A DNA stretch of 64,000 nucleotides, taken from positions 133,585 to 197,584 of the forward strand of contig OY969118.1 in the NCBI GenBank assembly GCA_963698055.1. Reading direction: 5' to 3'. This DNA is from an uncultured Solirubrobacterales bacterium (GTDB lineage Bacteria > Actinomycetota > Thermoleophilia > Solirubrobacterales > Solirubrobacteraceae). Each line of letters begins with the position of its first letter. The stretch's first letter is position 1. Of the stretch, positions 1 to 10,587 are shown piece after piece. The notes beneath the pieces were generated by a model that was not told where the DNA came from, ran no database searches, and worked only from the letters and a program-made list of their open reading frames with translations. The position numbers and the translations under genes are program-made.

Positions 1-1184
1 GCGAACAGCTCCTCCCCGACGGCCTGGGCCGCGTCGAGCTCGGGCTCGCTGACGGGATCGACGAGCACGGTGGCGTGCACGTTGCCCTCCCCGCCGTGAC
101 CCCACGCGCACGCTCGCAGCCCGTGGCGCTCGGCGATCTGCGCGAAGCGCTCAAGCCCCTCGCGCAGGCACTCCAGCGGGAAGACGACATCCTCGCTGAC
201 CTTCGCGCCGCGCACGCCCGTCACGATCCCGTTGATGCCGTCGCGCCAGCGCCAGAGCGCTGTCGCCTCAGGCTCCTGCACTGCCAGCGCCTCGCCGCCG
301 AGGCTCTCCTCCAGATCGGCCCGCTGCGCCGCCACATCGGCCGCGCTGCCATCGAGCTCGACGATCAGCGCGAAGCCCGCCTCCTCGGGGAGCCGCTGCG
401 GATAGGACCCAGCGGCGATCGCGAGTGTCTCGCCGTCGAGAAAGTCGAGCACGGCCGGGCGCAGCCCCGCGCCGAGCAGCTGGCCGATCGCCGCGCAGCC
501 CTGCTCGCGCGTGCGCAGGCAGACCACCAGCGCGAGCGTCACAGCTGGTGCGGGCAGCAGTCGCAGGCGTACCGCGGTGATCACCCCCAGCGTGCCCTCC
601 GAGCCGATCATCACGCTCTTGAGGTCATAGCCCGCGACGTCCTTGCCCGCCCAGCCGCCGAGGTCCACCAGCTCACCGGGGGCGAGCACCACCTCAAGCC
701 CCGCCACCCACGCACCCGTCACGCCGTACTTCAGCGCGTGCGGGCCACCCGCGTTGGTGGCGACGTTGCCCCCGATCTGCGACTGCTCGCTCGCGCCGGG
801 GTCGGGGCCGAAGAAGAGGCCGTTCTCGCGCGCGAGACGCTGCACATCGCGCGTGCTCACGCCTGCCTCGGGCAGCATCCGCCAGAGCGCCGGCTCGAGC
901 TCACGCACCCTTCCCAGGCGCTCCAGCGAGCACACGATCCCGCCGTGCACGGCGACCGCGCCGCCCATCATCCCCGTGCCTCCACCGCGCGGCACGAGCG
1001 CGACGTCGTGCGCGTAGCACCAGCGCACGAGCGCCGCGACCTCCGCAGCACTGCCCGGCAGCACGACCGCCTGCGCGCGTCCCTCAACGCCACGGCGGCG
1101 GGCGGCGTCGTGGTTGTAGAGCGAGCCCGCGGGCGCCTCGAGTACGTGCTCGGCGCCAACGATTCGGCTGAGCTCGCGCCGCAT
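1..1184 (-). CDS. FAD-linked oxidase, GlcD/D-lactate dehydrogenase family (runs off the window edge)
   Basis: Minus frame from ATG 1184 reads MRRELSRIVGAEHV..., with FGPDPGASEQSQIGGNVATNAGGPHALKYG, GSEGTLGVIT and HAGEGNVH motifs. It is absent from the ORF track because its stop lies outside the window. Confidence 0.85.
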   Translation of the reverse strand, partial: MRRELSRIVGAEHVLEAPAGSLYNHDAARRRGVEGRAQAVVLPGSAAEVAALVRWCYAHDVALVPRGGGTGMMGGAVAVHGGIVCSLERLGRVRELEPALWRMLPEAGVSTRDVQRLARENGLFFGPDPGASEQSQIGGNVATNAGGPHALKYGVTGAWVAGLEVVLAPGELVDLGGWAGKDVAGYDLKSVMIGSEGTLGVITAVRLRLLPAPAVTLALVVCLRTREQGCAAIGQLLGAGLRPAVLDFLDGETLAIAAGSYPQRLPEEAGFALIVELDGSAADVAAQRADLEESLGGEALAVQEPEATALWRWRDGINGIVTGVRGAKVSEDVVFPLECLREGLERFAQIAERHGLRACAWGHGGEGNVHATVLVDPVSEPELDAAQAVGEELF

Positions 1185-1211
1185 CAGATCAACGCGCGGC
1201 GCACAGAGTCA

Positions 1212-1949
1212 TCACGCGGGCAAAGCCGGTCGCACCGTGTCGAGGGCCCTGTCGAGGATCTGCAGAGCGGTCTCGAGTTCGACGAGCGACGGCGTGGCGT
1301 GAATTACTCGGCGCAGAGCGTTGGCGAGTGGGCCGTATTCGGCTTGCTCTAGCTGTGCTGGGAGCTCATCTCTCGCCAGCGGAAAGACGGAGGCTGCAAG
1401 CAACAGTCCACGTGCCGAGGTTGTGAGCATCGCACGGAGCTGTTCCTGTGCGGCACCCTGATCGCCCATCTCGATAAGGCGCTGAACCTCACCGCGATAC
1501 ATGCCCAGGCTGTCGAGCTTACGCTGGGCGCTTGGCCAGAGACCTTCCTCCACGATCGCGCGCACGCCTGCGCGCATCGGACCGGTGTCGTGCAGGATGC
1601 AACCGCAGCGAAGAGTCCACTGAGCAAAATCGTCGCCCTCGATTAGGCGATTGCGAAAACGACTGGCGCTGGTGACGACCACATCGACATCTCCAGGCAG
1701 GTCACCGACATCTGGCCGGCTACCGATGACGTGGTAGTCGAGATCGCTGATAGCCGTCCGACGCCTGCGCGCCGTGGAACCGGTTAGAGCGAACCCCGAA
1801 GCTCCCAGCGCGATCGCCCGACTCATCACGGTAGCCGTGATGAGTCGCTGCTCAGGTGTCTGATAGCGCTCTGCGCGTTCACGATTCTCTCGTATGCGCC
1901 ACGCCCACCCCGCGTCAGACAGCTGGGCGCAGGACAGGTGAGCGCTCAT
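1212..1949 (-). CDS. Minimal nucleotidyltransferase (MNT) domain protein with C-terminal helical extension
   Basis: TGSTAR-x7-SDLD PolB-type NTase motif plus a downstream DVD acidic strand; 4-bp overlap with the upstream HEPN gene. Confidence 0.7.
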   Translation of the reverse strand: MSAHLSCAQLSDAGWAWRIRENRERAERYQTPEQRLITATVMSRAIALGASGFALTGSTARRRRTAISDLDYHVIGSRPDVGDLPGDVDVVVTSASRFRNRLIEGDDFAQWTLRCGCILHDTGPMRAGVRAIVEEGLWPSAQRKLDSLGMYRGEVQRLIEMGDQGAAQEQLRAMLTTSARGLLLAASVFPLARDELPAQLEQAEYGPLANALRRVIHATPSLVELETALQILDRALDTVRPALPA

Positions 1950-2311
1950 TCGCTCACCTGCGCAATCTCGACCAGCGCTTGTACCTGGGCGAGAAGATCC
2001 TCCAGCTCACCGTCGAGCTCAGGCTCCTCACCCTCATACCAGATGTCCTTTCTGGCTTGATTGAGAACCCTTAGGACAAGACCGTAGTCCTCTCTCAACA
2101 CGCCCCTCTCGTACAGTGCGCTAGCAGCGTCAGCCTTGAGCCCGTGATGCTTCTTTGTGTCGATCCCGTGCCGATCGGCAATGGCCACCACTGCTGCCTC
2201 CGCCGCGTAGAACAGGGCGTTGATGGCATCGTTTAGACGCTCATCCTCGACAGCGGCCTGGGCGGCGTTGAGATGCTCACGAGCCAGTTGACGCTTGTCC
2301 TTCGGCGACAC
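1946..2311 (-). CDS. HEPN domain protein (putative toxin)
   Basis: 121-aa helical protein with AINALFYAAEAA, KKHHGL and RKDIWY, typical of small HEPN proteins; TACGCT -10 element 6 nt before the GTG. Confidence 0.75.
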   Translation of the reverse strand: MSPKDKRQLAREHLNAAQAAVEDERLNDAINALFYAAEAAVVAIADRHGIDTKKHHGLKADAASALYERGVLREDYGLVLRVLNQARKDIWYEGEEPELDGELEDLLAQVQALVEIAQVSE

Positions 2312-2409
2312 ATTCCAAGCGTAGTCCCTGACGCGGCTGTGCGACCGCGACCGGCCCGCGAGCAGCGTTTCCGACTGTCACACGCTCGCAAGTAGAATTG
2401 CGAGGTCTC

Positions 2410-4056
<1,647 letters not shown>

Positions 4057-4177
4057 CTATCAACCCGACGGGCACGTGCTCGCACGCTCCCCTTCGCAAC
4101 TTTTTAGTGCCCCGTCGTGTCCAAAGCCTAAGATTGCCTGCTCCCCCGCCGCTTTTCCGCGCCCTCCCGGAGGTCCC

Positions 4178-5938
4178 TTGACCCGCCGCAGCCGCTTCGT
4201 CCTCCTCGCCACGCTGCTCGGCCTGCTCGCGCTGGGCGCAACCGCCCAGGCGGCGGTCGTGATCTCGCCGCTGCCGGGCACGCCGAGCGCAATGCCGCAC
4301 ACGCAGATCAGCTTCCTCGGCGCCGCGGCGGCCTCGCTCACGAACGTACAGGTCGTCGGCTCGCGCAGCGGGCGCCACGCCGGGCACCTGCGCTCCTACT
4401 CCTCAGCGCTCGGCGCGAGCTTCATCCCGAGCAAGCCTTTCCTCGCAAACGAGCACGTAAGCGTCGACGCGACGCTGCGCATCGGCAAGCGCACGGTGCG
4501 CCTCGCCACGCACTTCAAGGTCGCCAGGCCCGCCGCCGTGCCCCTCACCGAATTTCCCACCACGCCCGGCACACCCGCGGACATCCAGAGCTTTCACTCG
4601 TTGCCCGCAATACACCCTCCCACCGTGACCGTTCACCAGGCTGCCGGCGCGGCCAGCGCTCCCGGCTACCTCCTCGCCGCGCCCTTTCTCGGACCGGGCC
4701 AGCACGGACCGATGATCTTCGACAACTCCGGCAACCTCGTCTGGTTTCGCGCGCTCGGCGGTGGCGAAGACGCGGCCGACCTGCGTACCCAGGTCTTCCA
4801 CGGCAAGAACAGCCTCACCTGGTGGCAGGGCCACACAATCGCACTCGGCTACGGCCTCGGCGAGGACGTGATCGCGAACGCCAACTACAAGACCGTCGCC
4901 GTCGTGCGCGCGGGTAACGGCCTGCAGGCCGACGAGCACGAGTTCGACCTCACCCCGCAGGGCTCGGCCTTCATCCTCGCCTATAGCCCCGTGCAGGCCA
5001 ACCTCACCTCCGCGGGCGGCCCCGCGGCCGGCATCGCCGTCGAGGGCGTGATCCAGGAGATCGATATCCACACGGGTCTCGTGATGTGGGAGTGGCACAG
5101 CCTCGGCCACGTCGACCCGGCCGAGTCCTACTCGAAACTGCCTGCCGTAGCGAGCACGCCGTATGACTACTTCCACATCAACTCGCTCGTCAGCGACCAC
5201 GAAGGCAACCTGCTGATCTCGGCGCGCAACACCTGGGCGCTGTATGAGCTCGACGGGCGCAGCGGCGCGATCCGCTGGCGTCTCGGCGGTAAGCGCTCGA
5301 GCTTCAAGCTCGGCGCCGGCGTCGCCTTCGCCTACCAGCACAACGCCAGCTGGCTAGGCAAGGACGAGATCAGCCTGTTCGACGACGAGGGCGCACCCCC
5401 GGTAGCGCCGCCTTCGCGCGGCGAGCTGATCAAGCTCGACACCAAAGCGAAAACGGCGACGCTCGCCGCCCAACTCGTGCGCACGATCGGGCCGCTCGCC
5501 ACCGGCAGTCAGGGCGACGTGCAGGCGCTGCCCAGCGGCGGCTTCATGCTCGGCTGGGGCGGCCTGCCGAACCTCACCGAATTCGACGCGCAGGGCCAGA
5601 TTATCTTCGACGCGCAGCTGCCCGCGGGCGAGAACAGCTACCGCGTCTACCGCGAGCCGTGGGCGGGACAGCCGAGCGAAGCGCCGGCCATCGGCGCCAC
5701 GTCGAGCGCCACGACCACGACGGCGTACGCGAGCTGGAACGGCGCTACGACCGTCGCCTCCTGGCAGCTGCTCGGCGGGGCGAGCGCCGCTCATCTGAGC
5801 GTGATCGCAAGCGCGCCCAACGCGGGCTTTGAGACCGTCCTGAGTGCGCCCGCCGCGCCGTTCGTGGCGGTCCGTGCGCTCAGCGCCTCGGGCAAAGAGC
5901 TCGCGAGCTCCAAGACCGTGGCGCCGAGCGCCGGATGA
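4178..5938 (+). CDS. Secreted arylsulfotransferase (ASST)-family beta-propeller protein, copy 1
   Basis: GGAGG RBS before TTG 4178; signal peptide; DEHEF, DYFHINS, SARN and YQHNA motifs. Confidence 0.8.
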   Translation: MTRRSRFVLLATLLGLLALGATAQAAVVISPLPGTPSAMPHTQISFLGAAAASLTNVQVVGSRSGRHAGHLRSYSSALGASFIPSKPFLANEHVSVDATLRIGKRTVRLATHFKVARPAAVPLTEFPTTPGTPADIQSFHSLPAIHPPTVTVHQAAGAASAPGYLLAAPFLGPGQHGPMIFDNSGNLVWFRALGGGEDAADLRTQVFHGKNSLTWWQGHTIALGYGLGEDVIANANYKTVAVVRAGNGLQADEHEFDLTPQGSAFILAYSPVQANLTSAGGPAAGIAVEGVIQEIDIHTGLVMWEWHSLGHVDPAESYSKLPAVASTPYDYFHINSLVSDHEGNLLISARNTWALYELDGRSGAIRWRLGGKRSSFKLGAGVAFAYQHNASWLGKDEISLFDDEGAPPVAPPSRGELIKLDTKAKTATLAAQLVRTIGPLATGSQGDVQALPSGGFMLGWGGLPNLTEFDAQGQIIFDAQLPAGENSYRVYREPWAGQPSEAPAIGATSSATTTTAYASWNGATTVASWQLLGGASAAHLSVIASAPNAGFETVLSAPAAPFVAVRALSASGKELASSKTVAPSAG

Positions 5939-5968
5939 GCGCTCCCCGGCGCAAGAGCGAGAGCGCGT

Positions 5969-7813
5969 ATGCGTAAATTCCTCGTGGTGGCTGGGGTCAT
6001 CGTGCTGCTCTCAAGCGTCGTCACGCTCGCGCTCGCCTCACGACGCATCGTCGCTGAGCAGGCTGCCTTCACGGCCCCCAGCGCGGGCCGCTGCGAAGCG
6101 AGCGCGCTCAACGTTTCCGCGCTTTTGCCCGGCACGACGCTCGCCGTCACGCCCGTCCCCGGTTCCTACGATGCGCCGCCGCGCACCCAGATCAGCATGC
6201 TCGGCGTACCGATCGGATCGCTCTCCGACGTCCACGTCGACGGCGCCAAGAGCGGCTCGCACAGCGGGCACCTGCGCGCCTTCTCGCAGGGTGACGGCGC
6301 GAGCTTCGTGCCCTCGAGCCCGTTCCTTGCCGGCGAGAGCGTGAACGTCCGCGGCCACGTGCGCGTGGGCGGGCATACGCACCGCTTCTCCTACAACTTC
6401 GTCGTCGCCCACCAGGACGTGCACCTCTACTCGGCCAATGCCCACGTCGCGGGCTCCACCAACCAGGTGATGCACTTTCACTCGCGCCCCGAACTGCAGG
6501 CGCCGTCGCTGGTCGTGAGCACGAGCTCGCCCCAGAGCGCGCCGGGCTACATCTTCGCCGCGCCCTACTCCGGCCCCGGGCCCGCCGGGCCGATGATCTT
6601 CGACGAAGCGGGCAACCTGATCTGGTTCGACCCGCTCCCAAGCGGCGCCTCGGCCAACTTGCAGGTCCAGCTCGACGGCCAGAAGCCCGTGCTGACTTGG
6701 TGGCAGGGACGGATCACCACGCAGGGCTTCGGCCAGGGCGAAGAGATGATCTACGACAGCTCCTACCGCCAGGTCGGGCGCGTACACGCGGGCAACGGGC
6801 TCAAAGCAGACCTGCACGACTTCCACATCACCCCGCAGGGCACCGCCCTGTTGACCGCGTTCGATCCCGTGGACTGCAACCTCTCCGCGCTCGGCGGCCC
6901 GGCGGGAGCAGCGGTTACCGACACGGTCATGCAGGAACTCGACCTCGCCACAGGGCTCGTCCGGCGCGAGTGGCACAGCCTCGATCACGTGCGTCTCGCG
7001 GACTCCTACAGCACCGCGACGCATGCCAGCGAGGCATGGCCGTATGACTACTTCCACCTCAACTCCTTCCAGCAGCTGCCCAACGAGCGCACGCTGATCT
7101 CCTCGCGCAACACATCGGCGCTGTATGAACTCGACACGGCCAGCGGCCAGGTGCTCACGCGCATCGGCGGCAAGCACTCGACCTACAAGCTCGGCGCCGG
7201 TGCCTCCACCGCCTACCAGCACGACGCCAGCGAGCTGGCAAACGGCACGATCAGCATCTTTGACAACGGCGGCGTGCCGAAGGTTCACCCCCAGTCGCGC
7301 GGCATCGTGGTCGCGCTCGACCAGGCGCACAAAACCGAGACCGTGCTCGCCCAGTACGAGCATCCGAGCCCGCTTTCGGCGGCCAGCCAGGGGGGCTTTC
7401 AGACGCTTGCGAACGGCGACGCCTTCATCAGCTGGGGCTCGGCGCCCTACTTCTCCGAGTTCGACTCGGCCGGCAAGCTGCTGTTCGACGCGCACATGCA
7501 TGGCACCTACCAGTCCTACCGCGGTTATCGCTTCCCCTGGACCGGGACACCCACCGAAGCGCCGGCGATCGTGGCAAGCGGAGCAGCGGGATCGCCGATC
7601 GACGTCTACGTCAGCTGGAACGGCGACACGCGCACGGCCAGTTGGCGTCTGCTCGGCGGACCCAGCGCGAGCCAGCTCGCACCGCTCGCGACCGCCACGC
7701 GCAACGGTTTTGAGACGAGCCTCGCCGCGCCCGCGGCTACCGCCTACGTCGCGGTGCAGGCACTCGACGCGAGCGGCGCGGTGATCGGCACCTCGAAGGT
7801 GATCACAGGCTGA
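5969..7813 (+). CDS. Arylsulfotransferase (ASST)-family protein, copy 2
   Basis: N-terminal hydrophobic segment; DLHDF, DYFHLNS, SSRN and YQHDA motifs; collinear with copy 1. Confidence 0.8.
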   Translation: MRKFLVVAGVIVLLSSVVTLALASRRIVAEQAAFTAPSAGRCEASALNVSALLPGTTLAVTPVPGSYDAPPRTQISMLGVPIGSLSDVHVDGAKSGSHSGHLRAFSQGDGASFVPSSPFLAGESVNVRGHVRVGGHTHRFSYNFVVAHQDVHLYSANAHVAGSTNQVMHFHSRPELQAPSLVVSTSSPQSAPGYIFAAPYSGPGPAGPMIFDEAGNLIWFDPLPSGASANLQVQLDGQKPVLTWWQGRITTQGFGQGEEMIYDSSYRQVGRVHAGNGLKADLHDFHITPQGTALLTAFDPVDCNLSALGGPAGAAVTDTVMQELDLATGLVRREWHSLDHVRLADSYSTATHASEAWPYDYFHLNSFQQLPNERTLISSRNTSALYELDTASGQVLTRIGGKHSTYKLGAGASTAYQHDASELANGTISIFDNGGVPKVHPQSRGIVVALDQAHKTETVLAQYEHPSPLSAASQGGFQTLANGDAFISWGSAPYFSEFDSAGKLLFDAHMHGTYQSYRGYRFPWTGTPTEAPAIVASGAAGSPIDVYVSWNGDTRTASWRLLGGPSASQLAPLATATRNGFETSLAAPAATAYVAVQALDASGAVIGTSKVITG

Positions 7814-7899
7814 ATCGCAAGGGGAAGCCCCAGGGTCTGCCTGCCGAGACCATTTGATAGTCTCGATTTCAGTTGTTGTCAAGGGGAGGTTGACCAGAC

Positions 7900-9348
7900 A
7901 TGGTGACTGGCAATGTCGCGAGCGAGCCGCTCGCGGAGGAGAGTCACCCTCCAGCGACGGCGCAGGAGACCGCGACCGCAGGCGCGGGGTCCTCCGGTCG
8001 CTACCGCCCGTTGCCCACCGGAACGCACGGTCTCGACCCCGCGCTGGTGAAGGTTGATCAGTGCCAGCGCCTGCAGAGCGCGATGATCGAGTTGGTCGCG
8101 CGCAAGGGCTATCCGGCGGTGCGGATCGCCGATCTGGCGAAACTCGCGCACGTCTCCCAGCCGACCTTCTACAGCCTCTACGCCGACAAGGAAGAGCTGT
8201 TTCTCAGCGCTTATGACGAGATCGCCCAGCGGACGGCGCTAGCCGTCATGCGCAGCTACGAGCCTGACGGCTCGCGCGAGGCGCGCCTGCGGGTCGCGCT
8301 GCACGCGTTCGCCGAGCTGGCCGTCGCGGAACCAGAGTCGATGTCGATGCTCGTGCTCGGGGCCTTCGGCGCGGGTCCCAGGGCGCTCGAGCGCAGGCGC
8401 ACCGCACTCGACGCGCTCGAGCGAAGCATCATCACGACGCGCGACCGCACGGCCGCGCGCGGCAAGGCCGACCTAACGATCAAGGCGGTCCTCGGCGGCA
8501 TCCGCGAGGTCACCGCCGAGCGCCTGCGCACGGGCCGCGCACAGGAGATGCCCGCCGTCGTCGATGAGCTCGCCGACTGGGCCGCCTGCTACCCACGCAA
8601 GGTTCCCAGCGGACTCGGCGCGCCCGAGATCAAAAGACGCGAGCCGTGCCCGGAGAAGACCTCCGCGCGCGCGCGCCGCGCCGAGGGGCGACTGCCGAGC
8701 GGGCGCAGCGACCTGCCGCGCCAGTTCATCGTCAAAAGCCAGCGCGAGCGGATCGTCGACGCTACCGCCGCGATCGTCTCCGAGAAGGGGCTCGCCGGAC
8801 TCACGATCCCCGAGATCGCGCGCCGTGCCAACGTCTCGAACCAGACCTTCTACAGCATCTACCCCTCAAAGCACGAGGCTTTCCTCGGCGCTCAGAAGGT
8901 TGGCATGCATCAGGCGCTGCAAGTCGCCGTCAAGGCTTACCAGGCGCAGGGCGATGACTGGCCGCGTGCAGTCGCCGCGGGCCTCGGCGCGCTGATCGAC
9001 TATCTCGCCTCCGAGCCCGCGCACGCGCACCTGAACCTCGTCGACACGTTCGCCGCGAGCCCCCAGGCGATCGAGATCCGCACCACCTCGATGCATGCCT
9101 TCGCCTCCTATCTGCGACCCGGCCTGGAGCTCGTCGAGGATCCCACTGCGGTCCCGCAGGTCACAGCGGAGGCTGTCGCCGGCGGCATCTGGCAGGTCTT
9201 CCACCACTACATCGAGAACGAGTGCGTCGATCAGCTGCCCGAAGCAGCTCCGCAGCTGACCTACATGGCGCTGACGCCGTTTATCGGTGCGAAGGAGGCC
9301 GCCACGGTTGCACGCGCCGCCAAGCAGGCAGCGGCCGGCCCCGCCTGA
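7900..9348 (+). CDS. Tandem double TetR/AcrR-family regulator
   Basis: Two TetR HTH units: KGYPAVRIADLAKLAHVSQPTFY and KGLAGLTIPEIARRANVSNQTFY. Confidence 0.85.
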   Translation: MVTGNVASEPLAEESHPPATAQETATAGAGSSGRYRPLPTGTHGLDPALVKVDQCQRLQSAMIELVARKGYPAVRIADLAKLAHVSQPTFYSLYADKEELFLSAYDEIAQRTALAVMRSYEPDGSREARLRVALHAFAELAVAEPESMSMLVLGAFGAGPRALERRRTALDALERSIITTRDRTAARGKADLTIKAVLGGIREVTAERLRTGRAQEMPAVVDELADWAACYPRKVPSGLGAPEIKRREPCPEKTSARARRAEGRLPSGRSDLPRQFIVKSQRERIVDATAAIVSEKGLAGLTIPEIARRANVSNQTFYSIYPSKHEAFLGAQKVGMHQALQVAVKAYQAQGDDWPRAVAAGLGALIDYLASEPAHAHLNLVDTFAASPQAIEIRTTSMHAFASYLRPGLELVEDPTAVPQVTAEAVAGGIWQVFHHYIENECVDQLPEAAPQLTYMALTPFIGAKEAATVARAAKQAAAGPA

Positions 9349-9357
9349 GCTGTCTGC

Positions 9358-9822
9358 TCAGTGCGCCGAGGTGGTGAGCGCGTAGGCCGCCTTGCCTTCG
9401 CGCTTGGCGCGCGTGACCGCGCCGGAGCCAAGCAGTCGTCGCAGGTTCTCGCGGATGATCTGACCGCTCAGCGCGGTCACGACGCCGAGCTCTGAGACGG
9501 TGTGCGAGCCGTGCTCGAGCGCCGCGAGGATCGCCGTTTGCGCAGCGCCACGCGGCGAGCGGGCGGAGGCGGCCGAAGCTGGCTCGCTGCGCTGGGAGCG
9601 ACGCTGAGCTTTGGCTTTCGCGGGGCGCTTGCTCACGGTCCGGGCTTTTGCCGGTTTCGGCGCCTGAGCGGCACGTTTGCCGAGCTGTGAGGACTGCTCG
9701 GCACTCGTGAGCCCGAGCGCATCGGCGGCGGCGAGCAGCTGGCGGTACTCCTCCAGGTGCGGCTCCAGCTCCGCGCGCCGCGCGGCGATCTCCGCCTGTA
9801 TCCGCTCGAGCAGGTCGCTCAT
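9358..9822 (-). CDS. Hypothetical protein: coiled coil, basic linker and C-terminal winged HTH
   Basis: N-terminal heptad helix; K/R/A-rich linker; ILAALEHGSHTVSELGVVTALSGQIIRENLRRLLGSGAVTR resembles a wHTH. Confidence 0.65.
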   Translation of the reverse strand: MSDLLERIQAEIAARRAELEPHLEEYRQLLAAADALGLTSAEQSSQLGKRAAQAPKPAKARTVSKRPAKAKAQRRSQRSEPASAASARSPRGAAQTAILAALEHGSHTVSELGVVTALSGQIIRENLRRLLGSGAVTRAKREGKAAYALTTSAH

Positions 9823-9933
9823 CGGCACTCAGCTCCACAGCGCGGCGCCATGCTCCCTGCGCCGATCACCTTCGAGGAGGCGCTCACGTTCATCTTCGAG
9901 TTTCTATCAGGTCAAGCCCTCAGAAGGGCACGC

Positions 9934-10587
9934 TCAGGAGGCCACGCGCAGATAGGCAAGGACCGCGAGCACGCGGCGGTGGTCATCCTCGCATGCGGGC
10001 AGCTCGAGCTTGGCGAAGATGTTCGTGATGTGCTTCTCGACCGCGCCCGAGGTGACCACCAGGCTCTCCGCGATCGCCGCGTTGGAGCGACCCTCGGCCA
10101 TCAGTGCCAGCACCTCACGCTCGCGCACCGTCAGCGCCGAGAGCGCCTGCGCAGCCTCGCCGTGCGGCGTCATCAGCTCGCTGACAACCTGGCGGTCGAG
10201 CACGGTGCCGCCGTCAGCCACACGCCGCAGGACGTCGAGGAAGTCCGCCACGTCACCGACGCGCTCCTTCAGCAGGTAGCCGATACCCGCCGTGTCATCG
10301 CCGATCAGCTCGCTCGCATAGGCGGTCTCGACGTACTGCGAGAGCACGAGCACGCCCAGCTCGGGCCGGCGCCGGCGCGCCTCGATCGCCGCCAGCAGGC
10401 CCTCGTCGCTGTACGTCGGCGGCAGGCGCACGTCGACGATCGCGAGGTCCGGCTTGTGCCCGGCGATCGCGCGCAGCAGCCCGGGGCCGTCCTGCACCTG
10501 GGCGACGACCTCGATGTCGTTCTCGCGCAGCAACGCCACGAGGCCCTCGCGCAGCAGCGCGAGATCCTCGGCAATCACTACCCGCAC
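9934..10587 (-). CDS. NarL/LuxR-family response regulator
   Basis: REC domain (VIAED, AIVDVRLPP, YLLK) plus LuxR HTH (LTVREREVLALMAEGRSN). Confidence 0.93.
   Translation of the reverse strand: MRVVIAEDLALLREGLVALLRENDIEVVAQVQDGPGLLRAIAGHKPDLAIVDVRLPPTYSDEGLLAAIEARRRRPELGVLVLSQYVETAYASELIGDDTAGIGYLLKERVGDVADFLDVLRRVADGGTVLDRQVVSELMTPHGEAAQALSALTVREREVLALMAEGRSNAAIAESLVVTSGAVEKHITNIFAKLELPACEDDHRRVLAVLAYLRVAS

Noticed and set aside
75-1352. 425-aa plus-strand ORF and many other long antisense ORFs (e.g. 2233-3552, 6038-7882, 9757-10830, 15567-17123)
   Set aside because: Shadow frames of high-GC genes on the opposite strand; Arg/Ala-rich with no recognisable motifs.
7850-7885. Possible TetR operator (TGATAG...TTTCA), partly echoed near 9900
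   Set aside because: Symmetry is too weak to support.
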